This document shows positions 1-12,045 of a stretch of DNA of 64,000 bases, piece by piece. This DNA comes from Callorhinchus milii. Lineage: Eukaryota. The notes beneath the pieces were generated by a model. The model saw only the letters and a program-made list of their open reading frames with translations. It ran no database searches and was not told the DNA's origin. Positions within the stretch are counted from its first letter, which is position 1. Each line of letters starts with the position of its first letter. The stretch is taken from contig NW_024704751.1 in NCBI RefSeq assembly GCF_018977255.1, positions 1,240,001-1,304,000 on the forward strand. The letters are read 5' to 3'. The position numbers and the translations under genes were made by a program.

Positions 1-19
1 CTCTTTAACAATAAACAGC

Positions 20-390
20 CAGAGAGGAGCCGCGACCCCCCCTCACTCCCAGGGCCGCGAACCCCCCACCTCACTCCCAGGGCCGCCCCCTCCCCCCCCC
101 TCCCTCCCAGGGCCGCCCCCTCCCTCCCAGGGCCGCCCCCCCCCTCACTCCCAGGGCCAGAGCCGCGAACCCCCCTCACTCCCAGGGCCGGAGCCGCGAC
201 ACCCCCCCCCCCCTCACTCCCAGAGCCGCGACCCCCCCCCCCCTCCCTCCCAGGGCCGGAGCCACGACCCCCCCCCCTCACTCCCAGAGCCGCGACCCCC
301 CCCCCTCACTCCCAGAGCCGCGACCTCCCCCCTCCCTCCCTCCCAGGGCCGCAGCCGCGACCTCCCCCTCCCTCCCAGGGCCGGAGCCGC
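20..390. repeat. GC-rich minisatellite (about 20-35 bp unit, CTCCCAGGGCCG..GCCGCGAC(C)n) in MYBBP1A intron 1
   Basis: About a dozen imperfect tandem copies of ctcccag(g/a)gccg separated by C-runs; abuts the exon 1 donor. Confidence 0.85.
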
Positions 391-396
391 ACGCAC

Positions 397-594
397 CTTT
401 CCCGGGTTCCTGAGGTAGGCGAGCAGCCCCTCCACGGCCCGCAGCCGCACGGCCTGCTCGGGCTTGGCGATGTCCCAGAAGAAATCCAGGAACTCGCGGT
501 TCTGCTTGAGGAGGCTCTTCGTGTCGATGGCCTTGGCCCCGGTGCCCGGGCTCCCGGCCCCGCTCGGCTCCTCGCTTCCCGCCGCCGCCGCCAT
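397..594 (-). CDS. MYBBP1A: Myb-binding protein 1A, coding exon 1 (gene continues off the left edge)
   Basis: MAAAAG...LLKQNREFLDFFWDIAKPEQAVRLRAVEGLLAYLRNPGK matches the MYBBP1A N-terminus (REFLDFFWDIAKPEQ). ATG at 594; donor AAG|GTGCGT at 397/396; 66 codons. Confidence 0.93.
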
Positions 595-1088
595 GCTGCC
601 TCCACTGGGGGCCTCGCCCGGGTCACAGGTCAATCTCTTCAGCCACCCCCGCGCCTGTGTGTAACCCCCATCCTCTCAGCTCCCTTCACTGCCTCACCCT
701 CCCCTCCAGCTGATTTCTAAGTGTGTTTGAGCAGTTTATGCACATGTACAGATAGTATGTATATTGTTGTTGTTATTGTTGTTATTAAATACAAAATAGA
801 TACGCAGACTGTCTGTATGAATCATTCTTAGGATAAGACGTTAAACCGCGGTCCCGTCTCCGTCGGCTCGCGTCTGCCCGCGCGGCGCTATTCGGAAAAA
901 GAAGTGAGTTTCTCTCTCTCCCGGTGTCCAGCCCAACGACCCACCGCTCCGCCCCCCGCACACAAATAAAATTGGCCGCCCACCTCATGGCCGCTCTTGT
1001 GGGACATTGTGCAAACCGGTTGCCACATTCCACCCACAAAATACACAGCCAATCCACTTTACAGTATTTACTACAAATAGGCACTGTG

Positions 1089-1410
1089 AATAATAAATAA
1101 TATTCCTTGCATTTGATATAGTGGCTTATCACATCTTTGAGACGTCTCAAAGTGCTTCACACAATACACTGTAAAGTGAATTGACTGTATATACTTTGTC
1201 AACAAAACAAGGCAGCCAATTCCGCACAGCAATTATTACCCCCCCAACCCCCGAAAAGAGATTTGCCAATTGTCTAACAACCAGGTTCCTACTTAGTGCC
1301 AGGCATGTGGAGTAGGGAAACTTGGCCAAAGTTTTGCCTTGCCTGGGAATCAAACCCAGGTCCTCACTTGCAAGGCGAGTGCTCTTAACCACTAAGCTAC
1401 AGGACTCCAC
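1089..1410 (-). mobile_element. tRNA-derived SINE with L2-type tail
   Basis: Reverse complement reads GTGGAGTCCTGTAGCTTAGTGGTTAAGAGCAC (A box), GGTTTGATTCC (B box), ending in ...ATCAAATGCAAGG(ATT)n. Confidence 0.85.
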
Positions 1411-2109
1411 TCTACAGTATATCCTGTGAAGCGCTTTGAGACATCTTGACAATGTGATAAGGTGCCATATCAAGTGCAAAGATGATGATAAACTATTCAT
1501 TTCTAACTGCAATATGAAAACAAACCAAAGTTGGGGGAAAGGATTTCTTCTGAGACTAGAATTCTAGTCAAGCCAACAGATCATATTGATGCTTCCTTTT
1601 GTATGTTGCGCCTATTAACATTGCCAGGAGCTTCACAGGGAATTGTTGTCAAGTGTGTGTGATTGTGTACTTGCAGGCAATCGCGCCATCCGCGTTGTGT
1701 TCCATGAGCAGCCACCGAAGCCGTGAATCATCAATTCGGAGCATTAGCATCCAGGACACTGGGAGAAAAACTTTTTTTTAACAATAGTATCATAGGATTT
1801 TTTTAATGTGCGCTTGATGGGGGTTTGGTATAACGTCTCATTCAAGGATGGCATCTCTATCAATATGACGCTCCCTCCAGCACTTCACAAGGTCTTTTAT
1901 TGGGTTGGGTTGAGTTGATTGATGGCACTGTTGGTTGGGGTGGAGCAGTGTTGGGTTGAAGGATTGGGGGTTGGTAGTGGCTGCCCTGGTGGTTGGGTTG
2001 GGAAGCCCAAGTGAATGATATAAATGAAGCTCAAACCACGGAGAGAACCTGTTGACAGTGATATTTCTCTGCTCCCAGTCTTGGGTACAAAATCATAAAA
2101 TAATTGTTT

Positions 2110-2500
2110 TTGTGGGGGAGACGGGCGGACGCGGCGGGCAGCCCCGCGGTCGCTGTGGTGACGGCGTGAGGCCGGGGGTCCTCGGGGAGGCTCGAGCCGG
2201 GAGCAGACATGGCGGATTTCGACAGTTACGATGACCGGCAGCAGCAGTACAGCAGCTTCGGGGGCGGCCGTGGGTGGGTAGCGGGTCCCGGCGGCGGGGT
2301 GGGGTGGGGCGGGGCAGGGAGGCCAGCCAGGCCAGACCCGGGGCTCGGCGGCGGCGGCGGCGGCTCCTCCGGCCCCGGTACACCGCGGGGCCTTGCGGTC
2401 AGCCAGGAGCCTGGGGGTCGGAGTGAGGTGGGGGCCGGTGAGGCAGGCGTTGGAAGCCGGGTAAACCCCTGGGGATCACAGCAACAACGACAACAACGCC
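2110..2500 (+). promoter_or_regulatory. CpG island / EIF4H promoter and first exon
   Basis: Very GC- and CpG-rich; YY1-like ACATGGCGG overlaps the start codon. Confidence 0.7.
2209..2273 (+). CDS. EIF4H: eIF4H coding exon 1
   Basis: MADFDSYDDRQQQYSSFGGGRG; donor GG|GTGGGT, phase 2. Confidence 0.92.
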
Positions 2501-2610
2501 AACAACTTGCATTCATACAGCGCCCCTCGCCCACTCCTCCCTCGCTGCCCCACTGCGCGCAAATCGGTTGCTGCTCTTGGCCTATACAGTCACTACACTT
2601 TAGGTTGTGT

Positions 2611-2990
2611 GTGGAGTCCTGCGGCTCAGTGGCTGGAGAGCTCGCCCCGCCAGCGAGAGGGTCTGGGTCTGGGTCCGATTCCCGGCCGGGCGAAACATTG
2701 GGTGAGATTCCTTGCTTCCGCACGCCGCTGCTCGCCGAGCAGCAAGTCAGGAACCTGGTCGTGAGTGGATTGGTGGATCGGGGGGTAATAATCCCTTTAA
2801 AAAAATGATAAATAATAATAAATTTGGTCACTTCAATCCACGACTGTTTGTGGGACTCCACTGCGCGCAATCGGCTGCCGCGTTTCTCCCACAAATATAC
2901 AATCAGTTCACTTCACAGTATATCCTGCGAAGCGCTTTGAGACGTCTCGAAGACGCGATGAGGCGCTGTATCAGATGCCAGGGTTGTTGT
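2611..2990 (+). mobile_element. tRNA-derived SINE with L2-type tail
   Basis: GTGGAGTCCTGCGGCTCAGTGG head, conserved body, GAAGCGCTTTGAGACGTC tail. Confidence 0.85.
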
Positions 2991-3714
2991 CATGATCCTG
3001 TGAAGTGTTTTGAGACGGCCCGAGATGGTAAGGCGCTGAATTAAATGCAAGACTTGTTGTTGTCATCCCCCAGTTTGCAATTTTGGTCAATCATTCCCAT
3101 TCTTTCCCCCCCCCCCCCCCCCCCACCCCTGGGTCAGGCAATGCAGGTGCAAGTCGCACCTCGGGAGTCTGATGGTCAGTTACTGCACTGTTGGAGGCAC
3201 CATGCTTCGGATGAGACATTAAACTGATTCCCTGTCTGTCTGCTCAATACTATTGACAAAGAGAAGAACATTTTTTTCTAGATTTCCTGACCAAAGAGTT
3301 CTCCAAATTACCACTTATTTCCCTGGGAAAGATTTTATTGAGACGTCCCTGTTCCAGAGTCCAGGCTTGGTACTGGCTACCTGTGGCGTGTCCAGGCAAG
3401 GTGCCATTAAAGTGGCAAAGTAGATTTTTCCATAACATGAAACATCCCAGACTTTGATAAGCACCATTTTTTACCTCACAGTGTGTGTGTGTATATATAT
3501 ATATAAAGAATAGGGTTCTGTCTGTAATGTGAGCTTGTAACAACCTTTCATACTGTTCGAAACAGTGCTCTCCGCTGCCCTGTTTAAAATGTGCTTTCCA
3601 TGGATATTCGCTGCAAGCACTTAATAAGTCTGGGTTGAGAACTGGATCAGAAAAATACTGTTAATTCAGGGTAAATGCCAGAGGGCTTATTTTGTTTTGT
3701 ATTGCTTCAAAAAG

Positions 3715-3896
3715 ATCACGTGGTGCAGTTGGCGGTCCTCGGAAACAGAAGGAATTACCCACAGAGCCCCCATACACAGCCTATGTAGGAAACCTACCCT
3801 TCAACACAGTCCAAGGCGACATCGATGCAATCTTCAAAGAGCTAAATGTACGGAGTGTCCGACTAGTCCGAGACAAAGAGACAGACAAGTTTAAAG
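3715..3896 (+). CDS. EIF4H: eIF4H coding exon 2 (start of RRM)
   Basis: [60 protein letters not shown]; AAG acceptor, G|GTATAC donor. Confidence 0.96.
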
Positions 3897-4109
3897 GTAT
3901 ACAGTGAAAAGGGACGTCCTCCCGACATGAAAAGCGCTATATCAAATGCAAGGATTATTATTATTATAAGGGACATGTTGGATTGTATGTTTCACAGCCA
4001 AAGGTTGTAAGATCTCTTTCAGTATGTGGGACACAGCTGCCCTTCATGGGTACTTCACCTCGTCAGCCATTATTTGTGCGTGAGTCTTGACAGTGAGTAT
4101 TGGCAGCCT

Positions 4110-5230
4110 AACATAACATGTAGGAGCAGGAGTAGGCCATTCGGCCCTTCGAGCCTGCCCCGCCATTCAATCATGGCTGATCTTCTAATCTAACTCCAGC
4201 TAATAACCTGACCTGCCTTATCCCCATATCCCTTAATCCCTTTTGCAATAAGAAATCTATCTATCTCAGTCTTGAATATGTTCAAGGACTGAGCGTCAAC
4301 AGCCCTTTGGGTAGTGAGTTTCATACATTCACCACCCTTTGAGTGAAGAAGTTCTTCCTCAACTCAGTGCGAAAGGGCTGCCTCTGATTTTAAGGTTGTG
4401 ACCCCTGGTTTTAGTTTCTCCAACCGGGGGAAACAATCTCCCACTATCTACTCTATCATGGTCTTTGATGATCTTATAGTTTTCTATAAGATCTCCTCTA
4501 ATTCTTCTATATTCTAGAGAATATAGACCCAAATTGGTCAGCCTATCCTCGTAACTCATCCCCTTTGACTCATTCTCTTTGACCGAGCCTTCAGCTCCCC
4601 TCTCGACTCTCTTCCCCCTCCTCGCTCACTTCCTTCCCTCCCCTCACCCTGACCATTTCCCCCCTGCTCGGGTCATGAACCAACTGTGCAGCGCCTTGGG
4701 ACGTCCTCCTGACGTGAAAGGCGCTTTATAAATGGAATCTTGTTGTTGTTGTTGTTGTTCATCCCTGGTACTAACCCAGTAAATCTACGCTGCACCCCCT
4801 CCAAGGCAAGTACATCCTTCCTTAAATAAGGAGAGCAAAACTGCACACAGTATTCCAGGTGTGGTCTCACAGGGCCCTATACAGTTGCAGCAAGACTTCC
4901 CTACTCTTCTACTCTAATCCTTTCATAATGAATGCTAACATACCGTTCGCCTTCCTAATTGCTGCTGCACCTGCAGACTAACTTTCTGTGATTGGTGTAC
5001 AAGGACACCCGAGTCCCTCTGGACACTAACACATTCCAATCTCTCCCCTTCTAAAAAATAACCCGCTCTACTGTTTTTGCTCCCGAGGCGGATGACTTTG
5101 CACTTCCCTACATTATACTTCATCTGCCACCTACCTGCCCAATCACCTAACCTATCTATGTCTCGCTGTATTTTTTTAATGTTGTCCTCTGTGTTGACAC
5201 TTCCTCCTAGTTTTGTGTCATCCGCCTGTT
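4110..5230 (-). mobile_element. CR1 LINE 3' fragment, interrupted by an L2 3' end
   Basis: Decayed CR1 ORF2 peptides ADDTKLGG...[22 protein letters not shown]...[28 protein letters not shown]...TRGHNLK; CR1 3' tail near 4110-4150. Confidence 0.9.
4573..4759 (+). mobile_element. L2 LINE 3' end nested in the CR1
   Basis: Nearly identical to the 3' UTR of the L2 at 60391-61818; ends GGCGCTTTATAAATGGAATC(TTG)n. Confidence 0.85.
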
Positions 5231-5426
5231 TGACTGAAGGTGATTTGCAGGATAGGAGCACAATAATTGTGCAGTAAAATAGAGGGGGAAAAGTGGACAG
5301 TTGGCAAGATATTTATTTTGACTAGGAAAAGACATATTGGGAGATGCATCAGGGCAGAGATCAAGAAGGAGATTGAAAAGCAGGGATGAGTTATCATTTT
5401 ACGAGAGGAGAGAATCGGAAAACTTA

Positions 5427-5803
5427 TAATACTAATCCTTGCATTTGAAATACCACTTTATCACCTCTACGAGACATCTCGAAGCGCTTCACAGAATATA
5501 TTGTAAAGTGAATTGACTGCGTATTTTGTGGGCGAAACGCGGCAGCCAATTGTGTACAGCAGTGTCCCATAACAGTCATGGATTGAGTGACCAAATTATT
5601 TTTTTAAATTTAAAATTTATTTTGAAGGGATTATTGCTGGAAAAGGGATCCTAACAACGACTAACAACGGGGTTCCTACTTACTGCTAGATGAACAGAGG
5701 CATGTGGAGTAAGGAAACTTGCCCAGTGTTTTGCCCTGCCCGGGAATCAAACTCAGGTCCTCTCGCTTGCGAGGCGAGATCTCCACCCACTACAGGACTC
5801 CAC
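5427..5803 (-). mobile_element. tRNA-derived SINE with L2-type tail
   Basis: Full-length reverse copy of the same family. Confidence 0.85.
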
Positions 5804-6026
5804 TTGTATTATTTGGGCAGTTTTTAGTGGTTTCGGTCACAGCCTCACCTCGAATCAGAAATGACAGCACAGACATCCATTTGGTCCATTGAGTCTATTC
5901 TGGCTTCTCTGCTGGCGCTATCTATTGTAACCCCAACTGCCTGCTCATATCCGTTTCTATGTATTTTACATACATCTGTGTTGGTCAGTTCTGTGTGTGA
6001 GATAGAACTTAAATTTTTTTTTGCAG

Positions 6027-6091
6027 GATTTTGTTATGTAGAATTTGACGATTTGGAATCCCTTAAAGAAGCTTTGACATACGACGGAGCA
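6027..6091 (+). CDS. EIF4H: eIF4H coding exon 3 (RNP1)
   Basis: [22 protein letters not shown]; ttttgcag acceptor, GCA|GTAAGT donor. Confidence 0.96.
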
Positions 6092-6364
6092 GTAAGTACC
6101 CATATTCCTCAGCAGGAAATAATATTGCAATTATATTTTAACACCCAGTCCCACAATCAAGAAGCTAAAGAACAGCTTTTTAACAGAGCTCACTTTAGAT
6201 AAAGGTGTAGAGAAATGGATTGTAGAGTAAAATGAAAGAATGTATTCTTAAAAAAATAGCAAGCCTAGAGGATTACAATTAGAGGGTAACAATTAAAACA
6301 GTATTATGAAACTAAAAATAAAGAAGCCACGGAAATACATGTGTTTCTTTCTCTCTTCTCACAG

Positions 6365-6458
6365 CTTCTTGGTGATCGATCTCTGCGGGTTGACATAGCA
6401 GAAGGCAGGAAGCAGGAGAAGGGTGGCTTTGGCTTCAGGAGATCAGATGACAGAGGAG
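6365..6458 (+). CDS. EIF4H: eIF4H coding exon 4
   Basis: [31 protein letters not shown]; cacag acceptor, G|GTGAGG donor. Confidence 0.95.
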
Positions 6459-9400
6459 GTGAGGTTAACAGGAGTCCCTGTGCAACAATAGGGACCGCTC
6501 TTTTCTCCCTAGGTGTAGTTAGCTTCCCTAATGCCTTGGATTCATCATCTATAACCAACATATCCATCTGTACACCTCTTGACATTGTGCAAACCTATGT
6601 GAGTAGGGTAAAGAACATCACTGTGCATAATGCCTGACATCACAAAACATATTCATCCAGGCCTGTTTGCACTGAGCCAAGCACATTTAACTATGAGATA
6701 AAATGTTGCCTTAGTGATCATTCTATCCAGGTGGTTTTGCTTTGTTACTTTGATGTAATGACACTCCTCTTCACAGGTGACCAATTTATTATCTGAAGGT
6801 GACTTATGATGCCAGTGTCAAATTTCCTAAACTGCCGAGAGAGGTACAGTGCCCATTATTACGGAGGTCACATTTAGTATCTCAAATCGGAGTTCTGATT
6901 ATTTTACGGGGGTAGAACCAATCACAATGCAATGGCAGGTGCGCTTATTTTGTTGGAATGAATAGGGTGATGGGTACATGTGCATGCCACTGTCTGTGAT
7001 GATTCCTGAACGAGGAAACTTTAGTTCATCAGCAAACATGTAAACTTCATGTAAAAATCAAGATTTACCGTAGTGATTGGGAAAGGGGAGGAATCACATT
7101 TAAGAAGAACTCGTGCAGAAAAATGAGCATGACAGAATAGAACAAAAGCACACGCTAACACATATCCGCACAAAAGTAAGTCTTTTGATTTGATTCTTTT
7201 GAAAAGTTTTTGAAGAAAGTGAAAAAGTATTGCTTTGTTGGATATGCTTTTGTGCAGAATACAGGGTGAAATGTCTTGTTCCTCCCCAACCGTCGCCTTG
7301 TGTACTGTAGCAGCAGCAACATCTATACCTGTTCAGGTAGAGAAGAGCTGGAGCTGGACCATGTGGCGCTGCTGTTGATTTGTTTATCTCCCATCTTCCC
7401 ATTTAGCATGCCAGAAATAACCTCTTTGCTTCTGTGCTGTGTGGCTAACTTCGCTCATCCTCTTTACTACCTTCACATACTAATTGCCTCTTGTGATTGT
7501 TCCCATGATCAGGCAGGTAATCCCTTGTTCTGTTTTGCAAGTCCATGTTCTGCCTGCAATGGTCTGGAGGCCCAGGTTTGCTTTCCTCTTGGGTAGGTAG
7601 TAAATGTACCAAATGTAAGGGTTATTAGGTTGTCATTGCAAAGGTCTCCTCGTCTGAATGGTGGGCTGATGGTTGGGCAGAATACAATGTGACATTGAGA
7701 TAAGTGGAAGTTTAGGAACTTTACAGATATCGTGGAGGAAAGCAGCGGGCAGAACTGATGGTCTGCAAAAGTCTCTTATTTTCAACATTCAGCCCAGTGA
7801 AGATTTGTAGCTATTGAGCTAGCAGCCACTGCTGACTTTATTAAGGTGGAAGTATTTAAAACCTACTCTTCATTCTGACTTTCAGAATGTGTGTCTTCCT
7901 TTGTTTCGCTCTCTGTTGTTGTGAAGGTAAGAGACAATGACAGTGGTTGCAGTGCTCTTCCACTGGCAAATTTGTAAATGGAACTTCCCTTCAGTGTAAG
8001 TCATATGGAGATGCCAGCTTTCCAACAGTTGTACCAGTGCCCCCTTACTCTTCCCCTTCTGCTTTAGATCATTCAGCTCTTTGCTCATCATTGCCACACA
8101 GCTATTCATGTATGAAACCTTTATCTTCAAGGAAATCCCTGGAACCTGCCTGCAAAACCTAAACAGATTGGCTGTTGTGTGCTTCACCTCAGCCACCAGA
8201 TACTCCAGCCCACGCTCACTGAGCCAAGTCTGTTTTCCTCCCAGGGAGTTCAGAGTGTGGTGAGCAGCTGATGTTATCTTTTTAACATGTGTTTGTAGAG
8301 GTCACAGCCCTTAGACAAGCTGTTTATAACTCAGAGTGGCTGACTTAAACAAATCTAATGTCATTTGTGCCCGGATTTGATTGTTGAGCACAGGAATGTT
8401 TCAACACTAATTGCTGAGAATTGGAATAGTAAAAGGATGGATCACACGTGTGCCCAATGAAAGAAAAAGGAATCACATTTACACGTACCCCTTCAAGAAG
8501 GAAAGTAGATGAGAAATACAGGATGAGGGTAAAAGAATCTGATGAGCAAAAATAAGGAAACAAGTTACTGCAACTGCTATTCTCTGCAAATTGCTTCATC
8601 AACTGAAAGTGATGAAATCCAGCATGGCCTAGCAAGAGAAGCAACAGAACACATTCCGGATGCCGGGAGCAGAGCAGAGCAGTATTAGGACAAGCCTGAG
8701 AGCAGTTTACTGGATGGGGGAGAACCTACAGATATTTGAGAGCAAAGGAGCAAGGGAGAGAGGGCATAGCAAATACACATAAACACACACACACAAATAG
8801 TTCCTTTTACGCAAGGTGTATCACATTTTCAAAATAAAGGCTAATAAATAAAATGGTGTCTGTGATTTTTGCTGCTGCTTTGTGATGGCATCGCCCACTT
8901 GTGTTGTACCACACTTATGGGGAGAAATAGAACTGGGGAAAGACTTTAGTATTAAGATTTGTCTGTCCCTTTTTTATTCAGTTTGGTTCCTGGCCGTTGC
9001 TCCAGCAGTTGAGGGCTGGAAATCTGAGTAGAATTTATGGTAAAATTTACAGGTGGTTCTTTGTTTTTCTGCTGGAACATTTGTCAGGGATATTCATCCT
9101 CCCCCTTTAATAGGAGAATGACATCAATGTGCATATTGCCTCATTGCTGAAACCAATGCAACAACCACATTTTGATAAAGCAATCAAATGCGATCCTGCA
9201 AGAATTGAAGCAGCAGTCTTGTTTATTAAACTATAATCGATCTCACAAAACAGCGTACAGAATTAAAAGTCGCTCTGTGCATTGGTCAGAATATCATTTT
9301 CACATTGTTTGAAGGTCCTTGAAGGTTACATGATTTCTGAGATTACTGTGAGCTGTGAGCAAGCTGGCAATTCATGCCTACAGTTAAAAGGCACAATTGT

Positions 9401-10330
9401 AAAGTCAATAATAGGAACAGGAGTTGGCCATTCAGCCCCTCGAGCCTGTTCCACCATTCTGTTAGATCATAACTGATATGTACCTCAATTCCCATAATTA
9501 CTGGATAATAGGAAGCAACTGGATAGTTCTAAACTGATGGATCCAATTGCCATCTGTGACCTGAAGGATCTGTTGCAGGAAGCATTGTTTATCTGCCTCA
9601 CTGAATGTATTGCAGTTTATGAGCTACTCAAAAGATATGCAGCATAGAAATCTGTTCCAATAAGGACCAGGGGTTTACAGAAATGTAACTGGGCAAATCA
9701 TCAGAAATGATCTCAAACCAGCCAGGGTGAGGTTTGGATAGAAACATTAAGGAAAATGCACATCAGAAAAAAAAAGATATTCTACCACCCCAGTACAAGT
9801 AAGGGAAGCAGACTGGTAGCATAAGCAGCTGATGCTGTGCAGAGTAACTCCTTTGGAAATAAACAGGACACTGTCTACTCAGAGCTCTAGTGGAAGATTA
9901 TAGAGATAAGTGTAAACATTGAGGATCAGCAACTGTATGGACCACTGTGGATTCATCCCTGGATGTCCTCTGTACAGTGTAAGCAATCCGACAGAATGAT
10001 GTTAGATTGGGAATGTAGTAAACCGCGAGGAAGATGGCAGCAGACTGCAGGAGGACATAGCCAGACTGGTGAAATGGGCAGACACATGGCAGATGAAGTT
10101 TAATGCAGAGAAGTATGAGGTGATGCATTTTGGGAGAAAGAATGAGGGAGGCAATATACAATAAACAGTACATTTTTAAAGGGCGTACAAGACGTACATC
10201 CAGAATGATTCAGTTATGCAGGAGGAAACTTCTTGTTAAATATATAAACACTTTGCTTTATGCTTCTCTCTGGGAAAATAATCATTGGGTCTCTCCAGGC
10301 CTCGCCTAATTTGGATTGTGCCTTTTACAG

Positions 10331-10498
10331 GCTTCAGAGATGATGACTTCAGTGACCGCTCACTGGGTGGGTTTGGAGGAAACAGAGCCAGAGGTAGTCG
10401 CTCTGGAGAGAGGCGAGGAGGGATGGGAGGAGGAGGAAGTCGCTATAGAGATGTACCCCCTCATGGGTCTTCCATGGAGTTCAGAGAGCCAACAGAAG
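10331..10498 (+). CDS. EIF4H: eIF4H coding exon (RG-rich; equivalent to mammalian exon 6)
   Basis: GFRDDDFSDRSLGGFGG...SMEFREPTE; tttacag acceptor, G|GTACTG donor. Confidence 0.93.
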
Positions 10499-10868
10499 GT
10501 ACTGTGCTGTGTATTGGTTTGCCTCAATGGAACTCCTTTACATTCCTTAATACCATCGTCAAGAGTACTGGCCATCGTGGCTTTTGATTTAACTTTTCAT
10601 AATTCACCAAAACCTGAGAAACATTAATGAATCCTTCAAAACCATAAAACTTTACGTGTCACGTACCATTCATCAAAGCAAACCTGAGACCCCAAACAAT
10701 CTACAGTGAACACTTGGCTCTAATTTGCAGAGTAAATACTTGCTGTGCTGTCAGTATTCTGTTTCGTGGCATATCTATAGTTCCCTTATAAGAAACTTGC
10801 CTCTGTACGTTTATTGTGAGCTAGATAAGGAATCTTGTGGTTCTGGATTTATACCCGGTATATTGTGA

Positions 10869-11033
<165 letters not shown>

Positions 11034-12039
11034 CGAGCTAAGAAAATGATGGAAGTTCCTTTTGTAGAAATTACACCCCTGCAGTTTCCATTCCTACCAC
11101 TTAACTTCCCCCCAAAATCTCTATACAGCTTGAATACACGTTGGCTGTTAGCAAGTGGTTTTTAGTACATCCGACTGCTTTGTACCCTCGTCCCTGCTCT
11201 GTGCTGCATTTTTGCCGTGGACAGTTTGGCAGTCAACACGAAACCTCAACGGATTATCGAATCTATTGCAGTTCCCGAATAACGCTGTCAGAAACACGGG
11301 CTCATCTGATTCGGCCTCCAAACTCTTTCTTGTTCACATCGCTCTTACTAAAGGTCCAGCCTGCACACTATATTCTGTGCCACGGTGTATTGGAAGATTT
11401 AAAGGCATGACACATCCACATCAGAGGGATATTTGTTTTAAACTGCACTGAAGACTGAGCTGAGGGGGTCAGGCAGCTAAACGTGTTCTTGGGAAGAAAA
11501 GAAGCCATGGCAGGTGCTGAGCACTCAGTGTCAGTGACCGATCGATGATGGACACACAACTGACCTTTCAACATGTCAAGCTTTTGTTATTTAATATTCA
11601 AAGTTGCAGTCTTGGCAGGGGGAGATAGAGAGGGAAAAAATAGCCGTTTTATCTAACTGTGTGACCTGCTGTTACTCTGTAATTAAGAACCATTTGTCTG
11701 ACACTGCGCATCCCGAATGATCTCTACCACACGTATTTATCTTCAGCTTCACTCTTCAGAACGTGGGAACTTACAAGTCTTGTTGAACATGGAAAACTGT
11801 TGCATTTTTTAAAAACCACATCCCGGATAACTGACGTCTCACACTAAGTCAGCAAAATGTGATTTTAAGTGTAAAGATTCTCAACACATTTTGCTTCGTA
11901 ATATAAAATGCATTTACGGATTCGGTATTTTATGAATGATCTTTTAAGTAAAAAGAAAATCTTTTCGGTGAGCATGTCTTCCCATGGAGGTTTAATCTCC
12001 ATGATGTATGTATGTAGAGTGTTTTATTTTCCTTTTGCC

Positions 12040-12045
12040 ATTAAA
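12040..12045 (+). terminator. Probable EIF4H polyadenylation signal (ATTAAA)
   Basis: Ends a repeat-free 1-kb 3' UTR; TGTA elements upstream and GT-rich sequence downstream. Confidence 0.5.

Noticed and set aside
214-396. C-terminal RPWEGGG repeats of the 139-aa ORF
   Set aside because: Intronic minisatellite downstream of the MYBBP1A donor.
2274-2808. 199-aa ORF extending from the EIF4H ATG
   Set aside because: Read-through into GC-rich intron 1 and a SINE; homology stops at the 2273 donor.
7021-7140. Weak peptide echo of EIF4H exon 4 (LHVKIKIYRSDWERGGITFKK)
   Set aside because: Similarity is too low and there is no convincing acceptor; likely coincidence.
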